Shown here in pieces: positions 50,219 to 59,937 of a stretch of 64,000 nucleotides of DNA. Under the pieces are notes generated by a model. It saw only the letters and a list, made by a program, of their open reading frames with translations. It was not told the origin of the DNA and ran no database searches. Each line of letters starts with the position of its first letter. Position 1 is the first letter of the stretch. The stretch covers positions 13,818 through 77,817 of the forward strand of contig JAVZCB010000006.1 in assembly GCA_038874595.1 (NCBI GenBank), read 5' to 3'. The stretch is from Candidatus Micrarchaeia archaeon. Its GTDB lineage: Archaea > Micrarchaeota > Micrarchaeia > CAILAH01. A program made the position numbers and the translations under genes.

Positions 50219-51771
50219 GAGTATTCACCCATTTTAAGAACTTCTTTTTCGGAAAGGCCTGCTATAAACTTGCCACGATTTTTCAGCAATTCCTCATTCT
50301 CAAGCGGTGGCAATATTTCATTGTTGATCGTAAAATTTCCTCTCAGTAGTGAGAACAGGTATGTTATTTCAAAGTACGTATCTGGTAATTCTACCTTATA
50401 CTCCAACCCGCCTGGCGCCCTGAAAAGCTTAACGAACCTTTTGTAATCCTGATTAACATACCTGAGCTGCGACTTGCCAAATGATAGTATCTCCTGATTT
50501 GAATAAGTTGATATAAATGGCCATTGGTTAATCATCTTGTCCCTAAATACTCCAATTAATATTCGTCCATCACTTGAAAATACAAGTGGGGAGTATCCAG
50601 GCCTGTCAAGAAAACTTGGGTATCTTAAATCAATGATATCATTATTCTTGATATCTAAAAATGCGTTGCTTAGGTAAAACCCATTCCTTTCAAGCTCAAA
50701 AACGGCCTCAAGCGGGTTGCGTATGCCCTTGCCTAGGAGCGATTTTGTTAACACGAAAATCCCATCATCATTGAACTTGTGCTCTGAAGATGTAAGTACC
50801 CCATCGGTCTTTCTTTGTGAAATTTTTTCTGCAATACCTATTGGATTACCAAACCCCACATAAAACTTGACGCCCTCCAAGCCCGCAAGAAGGTCTGCGT
50901 GCCATTTTATAATAGAGTAGTCTGTTATTGTGGGCGGCATAGGCTCTTTTAACGTTACAAAGTATCTACCATCCCCCCTGTAATATTGTGATATAAAGTA
51001 TAGCAGTCTATTCTGGCCATCACTTTTTGGAAGCTCATATAATTTACTTGTGCCAGGATAACAAAACGTAAAAAGTACATATTTCAGTTTTGAGCTTGCA
51101 TCATTCAATTCAAGGTTAAGTGTCTGCAGGTCCGATGGGCTTACCTCATATTTCAATATCTTCCTGTCGATTCGCTTTTTCTTTTTTATTCTTTTCTCAA
51201 ATGTACGCAGCTTGCTTATATCCAAGACATCTGGGTACATCTTGCTAAGTTGTTTAAGTAATTCCAGGGTGATAGGCCTTAGATCTATATCGGTTGTGCC
51301 TCCAAGAACTTTACCGTTTTTTAGGTCTAGAATTGTCCTATCATTTGAGATAATGCTTGAAGAAGTCAGCAGTGAAATTAAAAACATCAGGGATGATTTG
51401 CCACTCCCCGCATCCCCCACAATAAGGCCGCATTCTTTTGAGTTTCCAACACACGCTGAATGTATAAGGGCGTTTCCAGATAGCCCGTGCAACGCCGCAA
51501 GGTCCATAATCAGCTTATAAACAACATCCGGATAGTAAAGGTCTTCTGATATGCCGTAAATCCTGCTTTTTCCCACAATTTCTGATTTCTTACTGTTGGA
51601 ACGGATCGACTGCGCGGGAGGATTATATTCGCATAAAACCTTGCAGCTGTATGAAGGAATGCTCTCGCGCGGAAAGAAGTCCTTTTCAAGATATTTAACC
51701 AATCCGGCGTTTTGTGTTTTGAAGCAGACCGTTTTGTTTTTTGAGCTGGCACGTATGTAATATTCACCCAT
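50215..51771 (-). CDS. HPr-kinase-like P-loop kinase with unknown C-terminal domain
   Basis: IHSACV, GDAGSGKSS, ISNDR. Confidence 0.7.
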   Translation of the reverse strand: MGEYYIRASSKNKTVCFKTQNAGLVKYLEKDFFPRESIPSYSCKVLCEYNPPAQSIRSNSKKSEIVGKSRIYGISEDLYYPDVVYKLIMDLAALHGLSGNALIHSACVGNSKECGLIVGDAGSGKSSLMFLISLLTSSSIISNDRTILDLKNGKVLGGTTDIDLRPITLELLKQLSKMYPDVLDISKLRTFEKRIKKKKRIDRKILKYEVSPSDLQTLNLELNDASSKLKYVLFTFCYPGTSKLYELPKSDGQNRLLYFISQYYRGDGRYFVTLKEPMPPTITDYSIIKWHADLLAGLEGVKFYVGFGNPIGIAEKISQRKTDGVLTSSEHKFNDDGIFVLTKSLLGKGIRNPLEAVFELERNGFYLSNAFLDIKNNDIIDLRYPSFLDRPGYSPLVFSSDGRILIGVFRDKMINQWPFISTYSNQEILSFGKSQLRYVNQDYKRFVKLFRAPGGLEYKVELPDTYFEITYLFSLLRGNFTINNEILPPLENEELLKNRGKFIAGLSEKEVLKMGEYS

Positions 51772-51828
51772 ATGCTAAAAACACGATGAACTAACCCTTA
51801 AAAACTTTGTGATTGACTCTATTCTGAT

Positions 51829-52419
51829 ATGGATACCACAATCAGTGCCTACCTGAAAAACCACGCGGAATATGCAAAGCGCCATCTGCATGATTATCAG
51901 TTAAGGCCTTTAAGGATATTTACACGTATGCTTAAGGATAAGGGGAGGATACTTGACGCGGGCTGCGGCCCCGGTAGGGACTTGAAGTATTTCATCTCAA
52001 AAGGGTACAACGCAATAGGTATTGATTTGTGTGACCATTTTATTGAGCATGCAAGGCGCAGCGGCCTCCATGTTTTGAAGATGGATATGCGCTCGCTGGA
52101 ATTTTCTGATGGCTATTTTGATGGCGTATGGTGCTGTGCCTCATTCTATCATATCCCATCCAAGGACGCTCTCGGTACTCTTATCGGATTTAACAGGGTC
52201 TTAAAGGATAGGGGGGCACTTTTTATTTCTGTAAAGGAGGGAAAAGGCGAGCGGCTTCTTGAAGACCGATTGGATAACCGCTCTAAAAAATTCTACAGGT
52301 TTTACTTAATTGGAGAGCTTTTCCACCTTGCCGATGATGCAGGTTTTGATGTTTTGCTTAGCAAAAGAGAAATGGGTGAATACTCAGTATGGCTTCAGTT
52401 CCTGATGAGAAAAAGGTGA
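51829..52419 (+). CDS. Class I SAM-dependent methyltransferase
   Basis: ILDAGCGPGRD, GIDL, FDGVWCCASF. Confidence 0.92.
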   Translation: MDTTISAYLKNHAEYAKRHLHDYQLRPLRIFTRMLKDKGRILDAGCGPGRDLKYFISKGYNAIGIDLCDHFIEHARRSGLHVLKMDMRSLEFSDGYFDGVWCCASFYHIPSKDALGTLIGFNRVLKDRGALFISVKEGKGERLLEDRLDNRSKKFYRFYLIGELFHLADDAGFDVLLSKREMGEYSVWLQFLMRKR

Positions 52420-53009
52420 AGGAGACAATCAAAGCATACGATGGGTATGCAGACTACTACATATCAAGGCACGCGAAGTGGGATGAGGTTGAGAAGTATA
52501 AGCGTTATTTTATTTCCAGATTGCCCGCAGGGGGCAGTATATTGGATGCGGGCTGCGGCCCCGGCAGGGACTTGAATTATTTCATCTCAAAAGGGTACAA
52601 TGCAATAGGTATTGATTTATGCAGCAGTTTTATTAAGTATGTAAAGCGCAACAGGCTGCCAGCCGTCAGGATGGATATGCGCACCTTAAAATTTCCGGAT
52701 AACTATTTTGATGGCATATGGTGCTGTGCCTCATTCTTTCATATCCCTTCTGAAGATGCTGACATGGCATTGCAGGAATTCAACAGGGTACTGAAACCAA
52801 AAGGGGTTATTTTCATATCTGTAAAACAAGGCAGGGGGGAAAGGTTTATCCAGAAAGATGTGTACAAAAAAGGCACACATATGTTTTACAGGTTTTATAC
52901 GAGGAAAAGCATTACGGAATTGCTTGACAAGAATGGCTTTGAACCTATTAATGTCTGGACTGAGACAACAAGAAGCAAGTGGGTCTCGGTAATTGCAGTA
53001 AAGAAGTAA
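52389..53009 (+). CDS. Class I SAM-dependent methyltransferase (paralog of the previous gene)
   Basis: Same motifs; near-identical DNA block shared with the upstream gene. Confidence 0.92.
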   Translation: MASVPDEKKVKETIKAYDGYADYYISRHAKWDEVEKYKRYFISRLPAGGSILDAGCGPGRDLNYFISKGYNAIGIDLCSSFIKYVKRNRLPAVRMDMRTLKFPDNYFDGIWCCASFFHIPSEDADMALQEFNRVLKPKGVIFISVKQGRGERFIQKDVYKKGTHMFYRFYTRKSITELLDKNGFEPINVWTETTRSKWVSVIAVKK

Positions 53010-53870
53010 TTAATTGGTTACATATTTATACGCTGCAAACGTTAGAACGCTTATTAGAAATATTAAACCACCTGCACACGCACCACTTTTTTCTGTTTCA
53101 TCATCGATTTTTTGTATGCCGCCTATACCTTTGCTGTCACTCGAAATAACCATCTGATTGTTTGTAAGCACTATTGATTTTCCATATTTGTCAGTAACCG
53201 TTACTTCCCCCTCAACAACTTTTACAGTGGTTTCCCCCTTAGCATTATCGTATGCTACATGGAATTTTGTACCTTTCACACCTGTTGAAGTTGCACCCGA
53301 TTTAACCCTAAATATAGTATCCCCTCTCTTTGTTACATCCGAAAAGATTGCTCCCTTAGCAAGCTCAATTATCACATCAAACGTTGTAAGGTTTTTCCTC
53401 TTTAATTCCTTCATCTCAAGCTCGGTGTTCTCATCCATATACACCTTTGAGCCATCAGCAATATTCATTGTTATCTTACCATCGCTTCCTGTTTTTACTG
53501 CCGATTTCTCATTTATAGGTATCTCAGTTACAATGCGTGCCCACTCACCGTTTGGCATCCGCAGGTATACATTCCCGGAAAAGCTAGCAAGCTTGGCAAA
53601 TGCATTTTCAGTACCCCCTTTACCAACACCTACAACCGGCCCCTGTCCTTCCGCAGGGCAATAGCATATGCATGGCTCACCCTGTGGGCATTCGCAGGAT
53701 ACATATGCATGTGCTTTTTCGCTCCAGCTGCCTGTACAGCTTGAAATACACGGTATCCCATTCACACCGCCGCATAAGAAGCAGTCTTTTGAGCCTGCCG
53801 GGCAGCTCCCAGCATATGCAAAAGAGACGAATATGGAAATGATTATTAACCAAACTACAGCTGGTCTCAT
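53010..53870 (-). CDS. Secreted Cys-rich FecR-like protein with C-terminal Cys-TM anchor
   Basis: Signal peptide; VKTGSDG..DGSKV..ENTEL..GVKGTKF..VKVVEGEV; ends CAGGLIFLISVLTFAAYKYVTN. Confidence 0.8.
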   Translation of the reverse strand: MRPAVVWLIIISIFVSFAYAGSCPAGSKDCFLCGGVNGIPCISSCTGSWSEKAHAYVSCECPQGEPCICYCPAEGQGPVVGVGKGGTENAFAKLASFSGNVYLRMPNGEWARIVTEIPINEKSAVKTGSDGKITMNIADGSKVYMDENTELEMKELKRKNLTTFDVIIELAKGAIFSDVTKRGDTIFRVKSGATSTGVKGTKFHVAYDNAKGETTVKVVEGEVTVTDKYGKSIVLTNNQMVISSDSKGIGGIQKIDDETEKSGACAGGLIFLISVLTFAAYKYVTN

Positions 53871-53957
53871 GACTAGATATACACACTTTGTTTTTAAAAT
53901 TTTATATTGATTTTAACAGGCGCATCAGCTTATAAAATTACAAAGTATTTATTGCAT

Positions 53958-55112
53958 ATGCGTGAAGCTGAGCGCATAGTTTTATTCATAGTTACAACCA
54001 TTATAATCATACTCATCGCATTTGTTCTGGCTAGCCAACCTGTTATTTTAGAATCACAAAAAGCAAAAGAGATGCGTGCGCTCGTAGAGAGCTCGTCCCC
54101 GCTGGATACATCTCTCGCCAGAAAGGAAGTACTGCTGAAAGTTGATGAGTTTGCAATATCTACATTCCCATTTAGCAGTATCCTAAGAAGTGTTTATTCA
54201 TCTGAGTTTATGCAATTCTTCCATTCCAGGATAACAAAAGCCATCTCTGAAATCAGAGCTGCAAAAGTGCCAGCCGGTAAAGTACGCGTTTGGTACCTGT
54301 ATAATATGGGGGTGGTTGCCAAGTCCGCGAATATCACGATAGGGTTTGATATTGGAGGCACATGGCTTGACCCGTCAATTGGAGAGCTTTCAAAAGATCT
54401 AGATGTATTGGTGATTACACATAACCACGCGGACCATTTCGACCCGGCAGTTGTCAAGGGTGTGCTCCAAAAAGGCGGCATAGTAATTTTCCCCGGTGAG
54501 AAAGTATCTATAAGGGAGATTACATCAAGCGATGGCCTGCGGAAGACATACCTGATTGATAGGGATGAAAACGGTATCGAGCCGGCCGAGGCACTTGAAA
54601 AGATTTACGGAATCAGCCCGAAAAACGTAGTATTTCTGAAATCCGGCGAGACAGTTGATATCAGGGGCGTGCGTATAACTTCATATGCCGCAAAGCATTA
54701 TGTTGATTGGGAACTGGATACAAAATGGGAGATTCTCCGCAATACTTCTGTCTCTTGGTTTTATGTGAACATTTCAAACAGGACTATTTTACATACGGGT
54801 GATGGGTATCTATTATATCGCGAAAAGGATTACGAGAGACTTGGAAATATGCCGATTGACATTATGATAATACATTATCCTGATGATCGTGCACTTGAGA
54901 AGTACTCTAGCTCACTTCATAAAGTGAAGCGAATAGTACCACTGCACCTTTACGAGTTTGGTCATGGATTGGAAGAGGTGTCCCTGAATATGCGATACAA
55001 ACAAGCTCTTGAAAATTATGATAATGGGAAGCTCAGGTTTGCAGTTAGAAATATCGCCACTAACATCTCATACACTCCAATGATTTGGGGTGAACATATA
55101 GATATTGGGTAG
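53958..55112 (+). CDS. Membrane-anchored metallo-beta-lactamase-fold hydrolase (UlaG-like)
   Basis: THNHADHFD, HTGD, VPLH; N-terminal TM. Confidence 0.85.
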   Translation: MREAERIVLFIVTTIIIILIAFVLASQPVILESQKAKEMRALVESSSPLDTSLARKEVLLKVDEFAISTFPFSSILRSVYSSEFMQFFHSRITKAISEIRAAKVPAGKVRVWYLYNMGVVAKSANITIGFDIGGTWLDPSIGELSKDLDVLVITHNHADHFDPAVVKGVLQKGGIVIFPGEKVSIREITSSDGLRKTYLIDRDENGIEPAEALEKIYGISPKNVVFLKSGETVDIRGVRITSYAAKHYVDWELDTKWEILRNTSVSWFYVNISNRTILHTGDGYLLYREKDYERLGNMPIDIMIIHYPDDRALEKYSSSLHKVKRIVPLHLYEFGHGLEEVSLNMRYKQALENYDNGKLRFAVRNIATNISYTPMIWGEHIDIG

Positions 55113-55132
55113 TCCAATTTTTTGTTAATGGT

Positions 55133-55570
55133 TTACTCATTCTCAATAAATTCCCTTATGTATTTTTCAGATAAGCCGACATCCCTTGCACCCTCGAGAA
55201 CAACATTTTTATAGTTCTCGCTTGGTTTTCCTATTTTTAATGGTGCTCTCAAATATGCAAAAGCATGATAAATATTCCCATCATCACCAATACACTCGAT
55301 ATTCTTTTTCTGATAAGCTGTAGGAAACCCTTCATACCAATCTAACGCTTTTTCACATTTATCATCTATCTCAAAGATCGCACCCTCTACAATATCACCA
55401 GTAGATTCAACTATATTAGCAACAGCCCCTCTTGATGTTATAGAATTCCCATCATAAACAAACTTGTATCCAAACAATTTTGCCTTTGTTATGAACGTGG
55501 CACCCGGGCATCTTTTGCGCATTTGCCCCAAATTCATATTAGAACCGTATGCAAAGTAAAATTTACTCAT
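55133..55570 (-). CDS. Gamma-glutamylcyclotransferase family protein
   Basis: YFAYGSNM, RCP, LDWYEG, PSENY. Confidence 0.9.
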   Translation of the reverse strand: MSKFYFAYGSNMNLGQMRKRCPGATFITKAKLFGYKFVYDGNSITSRGAVANIVESTGDIVEGAIFEIDDKCEKALDWYEGFPTAYQKKNIECIGDDGNIYHAFAYLRAPLKIGKPSENYKNVVLEGARDVGLSEKYIREFIENE

Positions 55571-55619
55571 TATAATCACCCAATCGTTTACGAATGATCT
55601 TCATATGCGTTAATTTATT

Positions 55620-56072
55620 CTATTTATTTACCGCATAAAGACCATAGAACCCTAAAACAAACAGGATCAAATATGCAGGGCCGGGGCATTGCCTTTCTAC
55701 TTCGCCGCAATCAAATGCAGCCCATCTCATACACTCATCTGCAGAACTATAGCAAGCCATCATTTCATTCTGTTGGCAATCAAACTTATCATTGCCAGAA
55801 GATACCTCAGATATGCATTTTGATAATTTTGCCACGCATTCTTGTGGAGCATTGCATTCCCCTGCATAGTATTTTGCACTCATGATTGGGTATTGTGCGC
55901 TTAGGCATGATAACCCGCTTGTTTTATACATATCCGAACATGTTTTATCCATTTTTCCTTTCTCATCAAATTTGCAGTTTGCGCATGCATTTTTGTATGC
56001 ATCAAGAGAACAACCTGCCGTGACAACATTAAGCAGGAATATAACACCTAGAATAATCACGATATATTTCAT
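55620..56072 (-). CDS. Small secreted Cys-rich protein with C-terminal Cys-TM anchor
   Basis: Signal peptide; ends CPGPAYLILFVLGFYGLYAVNK. Confidence 0.75.
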   Translation of the reverse strand: MKYIVIILGVIFLLNVVTAGCSLDAYKNACANCKFDEKGKMDKTCSDMYKTSGLSCLSAQYPIMSAKYYAGECNAPQECVAKLSKCISEVSSGNDKFDCQQNEMMACYSSADECMRWAAFDCGEVERQCPGPAYLILFVLGFYGLYAVNK

Positions 56073-56098
56073 ACCAAAGAGTATAAACAAAAAATATT

Positions 56099-56935
56099 TT
56101 AATTCCTCGCAGCCCATTTTTCCATATCATAGAGGACCAACATTTCACAATCTGAATTGCCTTTGCACTCCTTGAGCAGGAACACGCCGTCAGATTCCAT
56201 TGCCTTGTTCCATCTGGCCCAGCCGATACACCTATACTTCCAATCTATACTGCTTATGCTATCACAATAACTCTCATCACCAGTTACCATCGCCAGGCAC
56301 GTGGCTTTTGAATCTGCTTCACCGCCACCGGAAGCAGGCTTAAACTGGTCGCATGCCCTTTTATCCCGTTTTATTTTAGCATAATCCATCAAACACGTAT
56401 ACCCGTCTTTACACTGCTCTAGAGTTATTTGTCCTTTCTCCATTTTGATGTCAGCTTCACAGTTAGCTGGGCTCTTTGATTTTTCGCAATATTTTGAGTC
56501 AAGTGTTGCAACAGCATAATGCTTGTAACAATCAGTCGATATCGTCAGGTTTACTACTTTTCCATCCTTAACGCCAGTAACGTAAGGATTAACAGAATCG
56601 CATAACGACGGTTGTTTCTTAACCGCAGCTATCATCGATTCACAAACCTCCTTCTCACCGTGCTGCCTCTGCAACTCGCACTTCTTCATATCCATCCCGA
56701 AAACCGCTTCACACATCTGTCTCCACCGTGTTGTCTTTATGTTTGGGCAGAGTGAGAGCATATACTGTGGTGCATTAACAAGTGAGCCGGTTAAGCTTGA
56801 TTTATCATCAACAGAACCAGAATCCTGTTTTACGGACATACCATCAGATTGCTTCTCATCAGTGCCCGGTTGTGTTATAGGGCAGCTGAATAAAATAACC
56901 AGGAGAATACCGCAACAAACAAGCTTATCGATCAT
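56099..56935 (-). CDS. Cys-repeat putative lipoprotein
   Basis: ILFSC lipobox-like signal; repeated C-x(8-10)-C units. Confidence 0.7.
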   Translation of the reverse strand: MIDKLVCCGILLVILFSCPITQPGTDEKQSDGMSVKQDSGSVDDKSSLTGSLVNAPQYMLSLCPNIKTTRWRQMCEAVFGMDMKKCELQRQHGEKEVCESMIAAVKKQPSLCDSVNPYVTGVKDGKVVNLTISTDCYKHYAVATLDSKYCEKSKSPANCEADIKMEKGQITLEQCKDGYTCLMDYAKIKRDKRACDQFKPASGGGEADSKATCLAMVTGDESYCDSISSIDWKYRCIGWARWNKAMESDGVFLLKECKGNSDCEMLVLYDMEKWAARN

Positions 56936-57007
56936 TTAATCACTGATATAGAAAATGCGATGTTATCTATAAAAGTGTATCTTTGATAGGTTTGATGTTA
57001 GTATTGC

Positions 57008-58924
57008 TCATAGAAGCGTATCTGCACTTACGAAATCCAGGTCATACTGGTTTTTACTTTGCTTTTTTGTGTAAGATTGTGTATAGAGAGTATCAGGCAG
57101 CTCAGTAATAAACTGTGAAACCTGCATATCCTCATCACCACGTAGCGATTTATCACTTAAAGGCACACACAGCTCCAGTGTTTTACGCGCGCGGCTGCAC
57201 CCCACATAAAACAATCTCCTCTCCTCTTCCAGTGCAGAGGTGTTATTAAGTGCGTGCTTGCTAGGGAACCTACCCTGTACCAGCCCGATTATGAACACGT
57301 GGTCCCATTCAAGGCCTTTGGCCTGGTGCACAGTTGATATAACTACACACTGGCCCAGCTCTTCCTTGGTTGCAAGGTTAGCATCCAGTAACGAATCCTC
57401 AAGAAACGCATCTGTAGAGTGGTATGATGAGAGTATATGCAGCAGCTGTTCAAGGTCCTGCCTCCTATCATCAAAATCATCCTGGTAATTCCGTTTAAGG
57501 TAACTAATATAAAACATATCCAAGAACTTCTGTGCAGCCGCCACAGGCGATTCGTTAACACCGGTAAGTATAGATTTGATTAAGTCAAGTTTAGGGTTAT
57601 TAATTGCAAGTATCACGTTTAACGGGTCTGTTGACATTCTAATTTGTTCGAATACTTTCTTTACAGTCTTCTCACCTATCCCGTCAAATAGTTTAAGGAA
57701 CCGTGACCATGCCAACTCATCAGTCATATTGCTTGATATCTTCAGGTATGCTATAACATCTTTTATGTGCGCCTGCTCAAAAAACTTCAGCCCGCCTAGT
57801 TTAACATATTTTATGCCAAGCTTGGATAGCTGAACCTCCAGGTGTGCAGATTGGTAGTTTGAGCGGTAGAGCACGGCAATCTCTGAAGGTGGCACACCTG
57901 CACCTAGCAATGCGGATATTTTTTTAGAGATGTATTCTGCCTCAGACCGACCATTATCAAAGAAGTGTACTGCCGGCGTATCATTTGTATCACTGCCAAG
58001 CACCGGCTCGAGCCGCTTATCAAATTTGATTTTATTGCGTTTTATTATCTCATTGATAAGAGTAACGATGCGTGGGCAGCTCCTGTAATTCTCTGTCAGA
58101 TAGAAAACGCTAACGTTAGGGAATACGTCTCCAAATTTGAGCATATTTCGTATCTCCGCAGCCCTGAAAGAGTATATGCTCTGGCAATCATCACCCACAA
58201 CGAACAGGAAGTTATCTTCGGAGTGCATTTTTCTTATGATCTCAAACTGGATACGGTTCGTATCCTGGAACTCATCAACAAATATATGCGTAAACCTGTT
58301 GTGAAATTCATTCCTGAACACATCATCATCTAGCAGCTCATTAAAATAAGTTAATAGGTCATCAAAATCCATAACATTGGATTGCTTTTTCCGTGTAGCA
58401 TACTCTTCCCAAACCTGCTGGATTAGTTTGGTGTTTTCCTTGTATCCTTTATAGTATGCTTCAAGATAAGAAGAGAGTGAGCTGCCAGAGTTCCTGCAGT
58501 ATGATATGATTTTTTGTAGTGTTTCAGCTTTAGGTAGCTTATGCACATACCCACCGAAACTCTCACGCAATATACTCTTAATCAGCGTTATTGAATCATC
58601 CTCATCTATAATAGAATAGTTTGGCCTGTACCCAAACCTATATGCATGCTTGCGCAGGAACCTGTTAGCAACGTGATGGAACGTCCCACCCAGGATGCTT
58701 GTTTTCTTATTGAGCATCTTATCTATCCTGTCAACCATGTTTTGTGCGGCCTTATTCGTGAACGTTAGAAGAAGTATTGAATCTTCAGGAACACCATCTT
58801 TGAGCGCTTTTAACACCTTATGCACGAGCACGCGTGTCTTGCCTGAGCCCGGCCCTGCAATTACAAGCATAACCTTATCATCACGCTCAACTATCTCCTT
58901 CTGCATAGTGCTTAAGCCGTGCAT
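57008..58924 (-). CDS. uvrD: UvrD/PcrA/Rep SF1 DNA helicase
   Basis: AGPGSGKT, TFTNKAA, DEFQD, VGDDCQSIYSFR, ENYRS, STVHQAKGLEW, EERRLFYV. Confidence 0.92.
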   Translation of the reverse strand: MHGLSTMQKEIVERDDKVMLVIAGPGSGKTRVLVHKVLKALKDGVPEDSILLLTFTNKAAQNMVDRIDKMLNKKTSILGGTFHHVANRFLRKHAYRFGYRPNYSIIDEDDSITLIKSILRESFGGYVHKLPKAETLQKIISYCRNSGSSLSSYLEAYYKGYKENTKLIQQVWEEYATRKKQSNVMDFDDLLTYFNELLDDDVFRNEFHNRFTHIFVDEFQDTNRIQFEIIRKMHSEDNFLFVVGDDCQSIYSFRAAEIRNMLKFGDVFPNVSVFYLTENYRSCPRIVTLINEIIKRNKIKFDKRLEPVLGSDTNDTPAVHFFDNGRSEAEYISKKISALLGAGVPPSEIAVLYRSNYQSAHLEVQLSKLGIKYVKLGGLKFFEQAHIKDVIAYLKISSNMTDELAWSRFLKLFDGIGEKTVKKVFEQIRMSTDPLNVILAINNPKLDLIKSILTGVNESPVAAAQKFLDMFYISYLKRNYQDDFDDRRQDLEQLLHILSSYHSTDAFLEDSLLDANLATKEELGQCVVISTVHQAKGLEWDHVFIIGLVQGRFPSKHALNNTSALEEERRLFYVGCSRARKTLELCVPLSDKSLRGDEDMQVSQFITELPDTLYTQSYTKKQSKNQYDLDFVSADTLL

Positions 58925-59039
58925 GAATAGATTGGTACTTATAATCCTTATTTAATTTATTTGTGGTTGGTTTCCTGGCAGTAACAATTTAAATTATGGG
59001 TGAGATTCTGGTGGTATAGGGTTCTTGAAAGGTAATTTA

Positions 59040-59513
59040 ATGCCTGCACCATTGGAAGTACACTCGCTATGCTTGCTGGGGATTATGCTGGCAGTTTATG
59101 TTTCATTTAAACTGAAGTACCGCTTACTGGCAGAGCACCTCCCATACCTGCTTTTATTTGGCATCTCAGGGATACCGGATATGCTTGCAACAGTTGAGTT
59201 TGCATACCTGCGGCCAGAGCTTGAGGCCAACATTCTTGCCAGGATGTTTTTAGGGATACCTTATTTAATGCCAATAGGTGTTTTTCTGTGGGTTTTAGTG
59301 TGGCTGTCAATCGCAGAATTTCTCGGCAGGAAAAGTAGCATACTACCAAAAATCGTACTGGGCGGGCTTTTCATAGGGCACTTGCTCGGAGTTAGCACTT
59401 GGATTAAGTATATGGATTTAAGCATGTTATTATTGATGTTTGCAGTAAGTGCATTTGTATTGGGTATTATGCTTGTTATGGTGAATGCGTATGGGAAGGT
59501 TAAGCAACAGTGA
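59040..59513 (+). CDS. Membrane protein (DUF5658-like)
   Basis: Multiple TM segments; D--AT....EAN motif. Confidence 0.6.
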   Translation: MPAPLEVHSLCLLGIMLAVYVSFKLKYRLLAEHLPYLLLFGISGIPDMLATVEFAYLRPELEANILARMFLGIPYLMPIGVFLWVLVWLSIAEFLGRKSSILPKIVLGGLFIGHLLGVSTWIKYMDLSMLLLMFAVSAFVLGIMLVMVNAYGKVKQQ

Positions 59514-59937
59514 GATAAAAGACCTTATTAAAGCAGGTCTAGACATATCAAAAAACGATATCGTAGATGTTGTGGAATTTGAAGGTGTCAGGGTAATGCG
59601 CGTTAACGGCAAGTATGCATTTTTCAGTTATAATGATAAATGGATACCAACACTGAGAAGGGTTTATGAGAAAGGGCTTACGCTGAAATCTGTTTATGTT
59701 GATGTTGGCGCAATTAAATTTGTAGCTAACGGTGCAGATGTGATGCGGCCCGGGATAGTAAAAGTTGATGACGGGATACTTAAAGGAGATGTCATATGCG
59801 TGCGTGAAGTTTCGCATAATAAAGTAATCGCACTTGGTGAGGCCTTTTTAAGTTCTGATGATATGAAGAGTGCAGCATCCGGTAAAATGATAAAAAATAT
59901 CCATTACGTTGGAGATAAGTTATGGAACCTTGGCTGA
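59485..59937 (+). CDS. PUA-domain RNA-binding protein (MCT-1-like)
   Basis: PTLR, VDVGAIKFVANGADVMRPGI, HYVGDKLW. Confidence 0.9.
   Translation: MRMGRLSNSEIKDLIKAGLDISKNDIVDVVEFEGVRVMRVNGKYAFFSYNDKWIPTLRRVYEKGLTLKSVYVDVGAIKFVANGADVMRPGIVKVDDGILKGDVICVREVSHNKVIALGEAFLSSDDMKSAASGKMIKNIHYVGDKLWNLG

Noticed and set aside
59040-59513. Candidate processing enzyme for the Cys-TM tails
   Set aside because: It lacks the archaeosortase Cys/Arg, rhomboid GxSG and CPBP EExxxR motifs.
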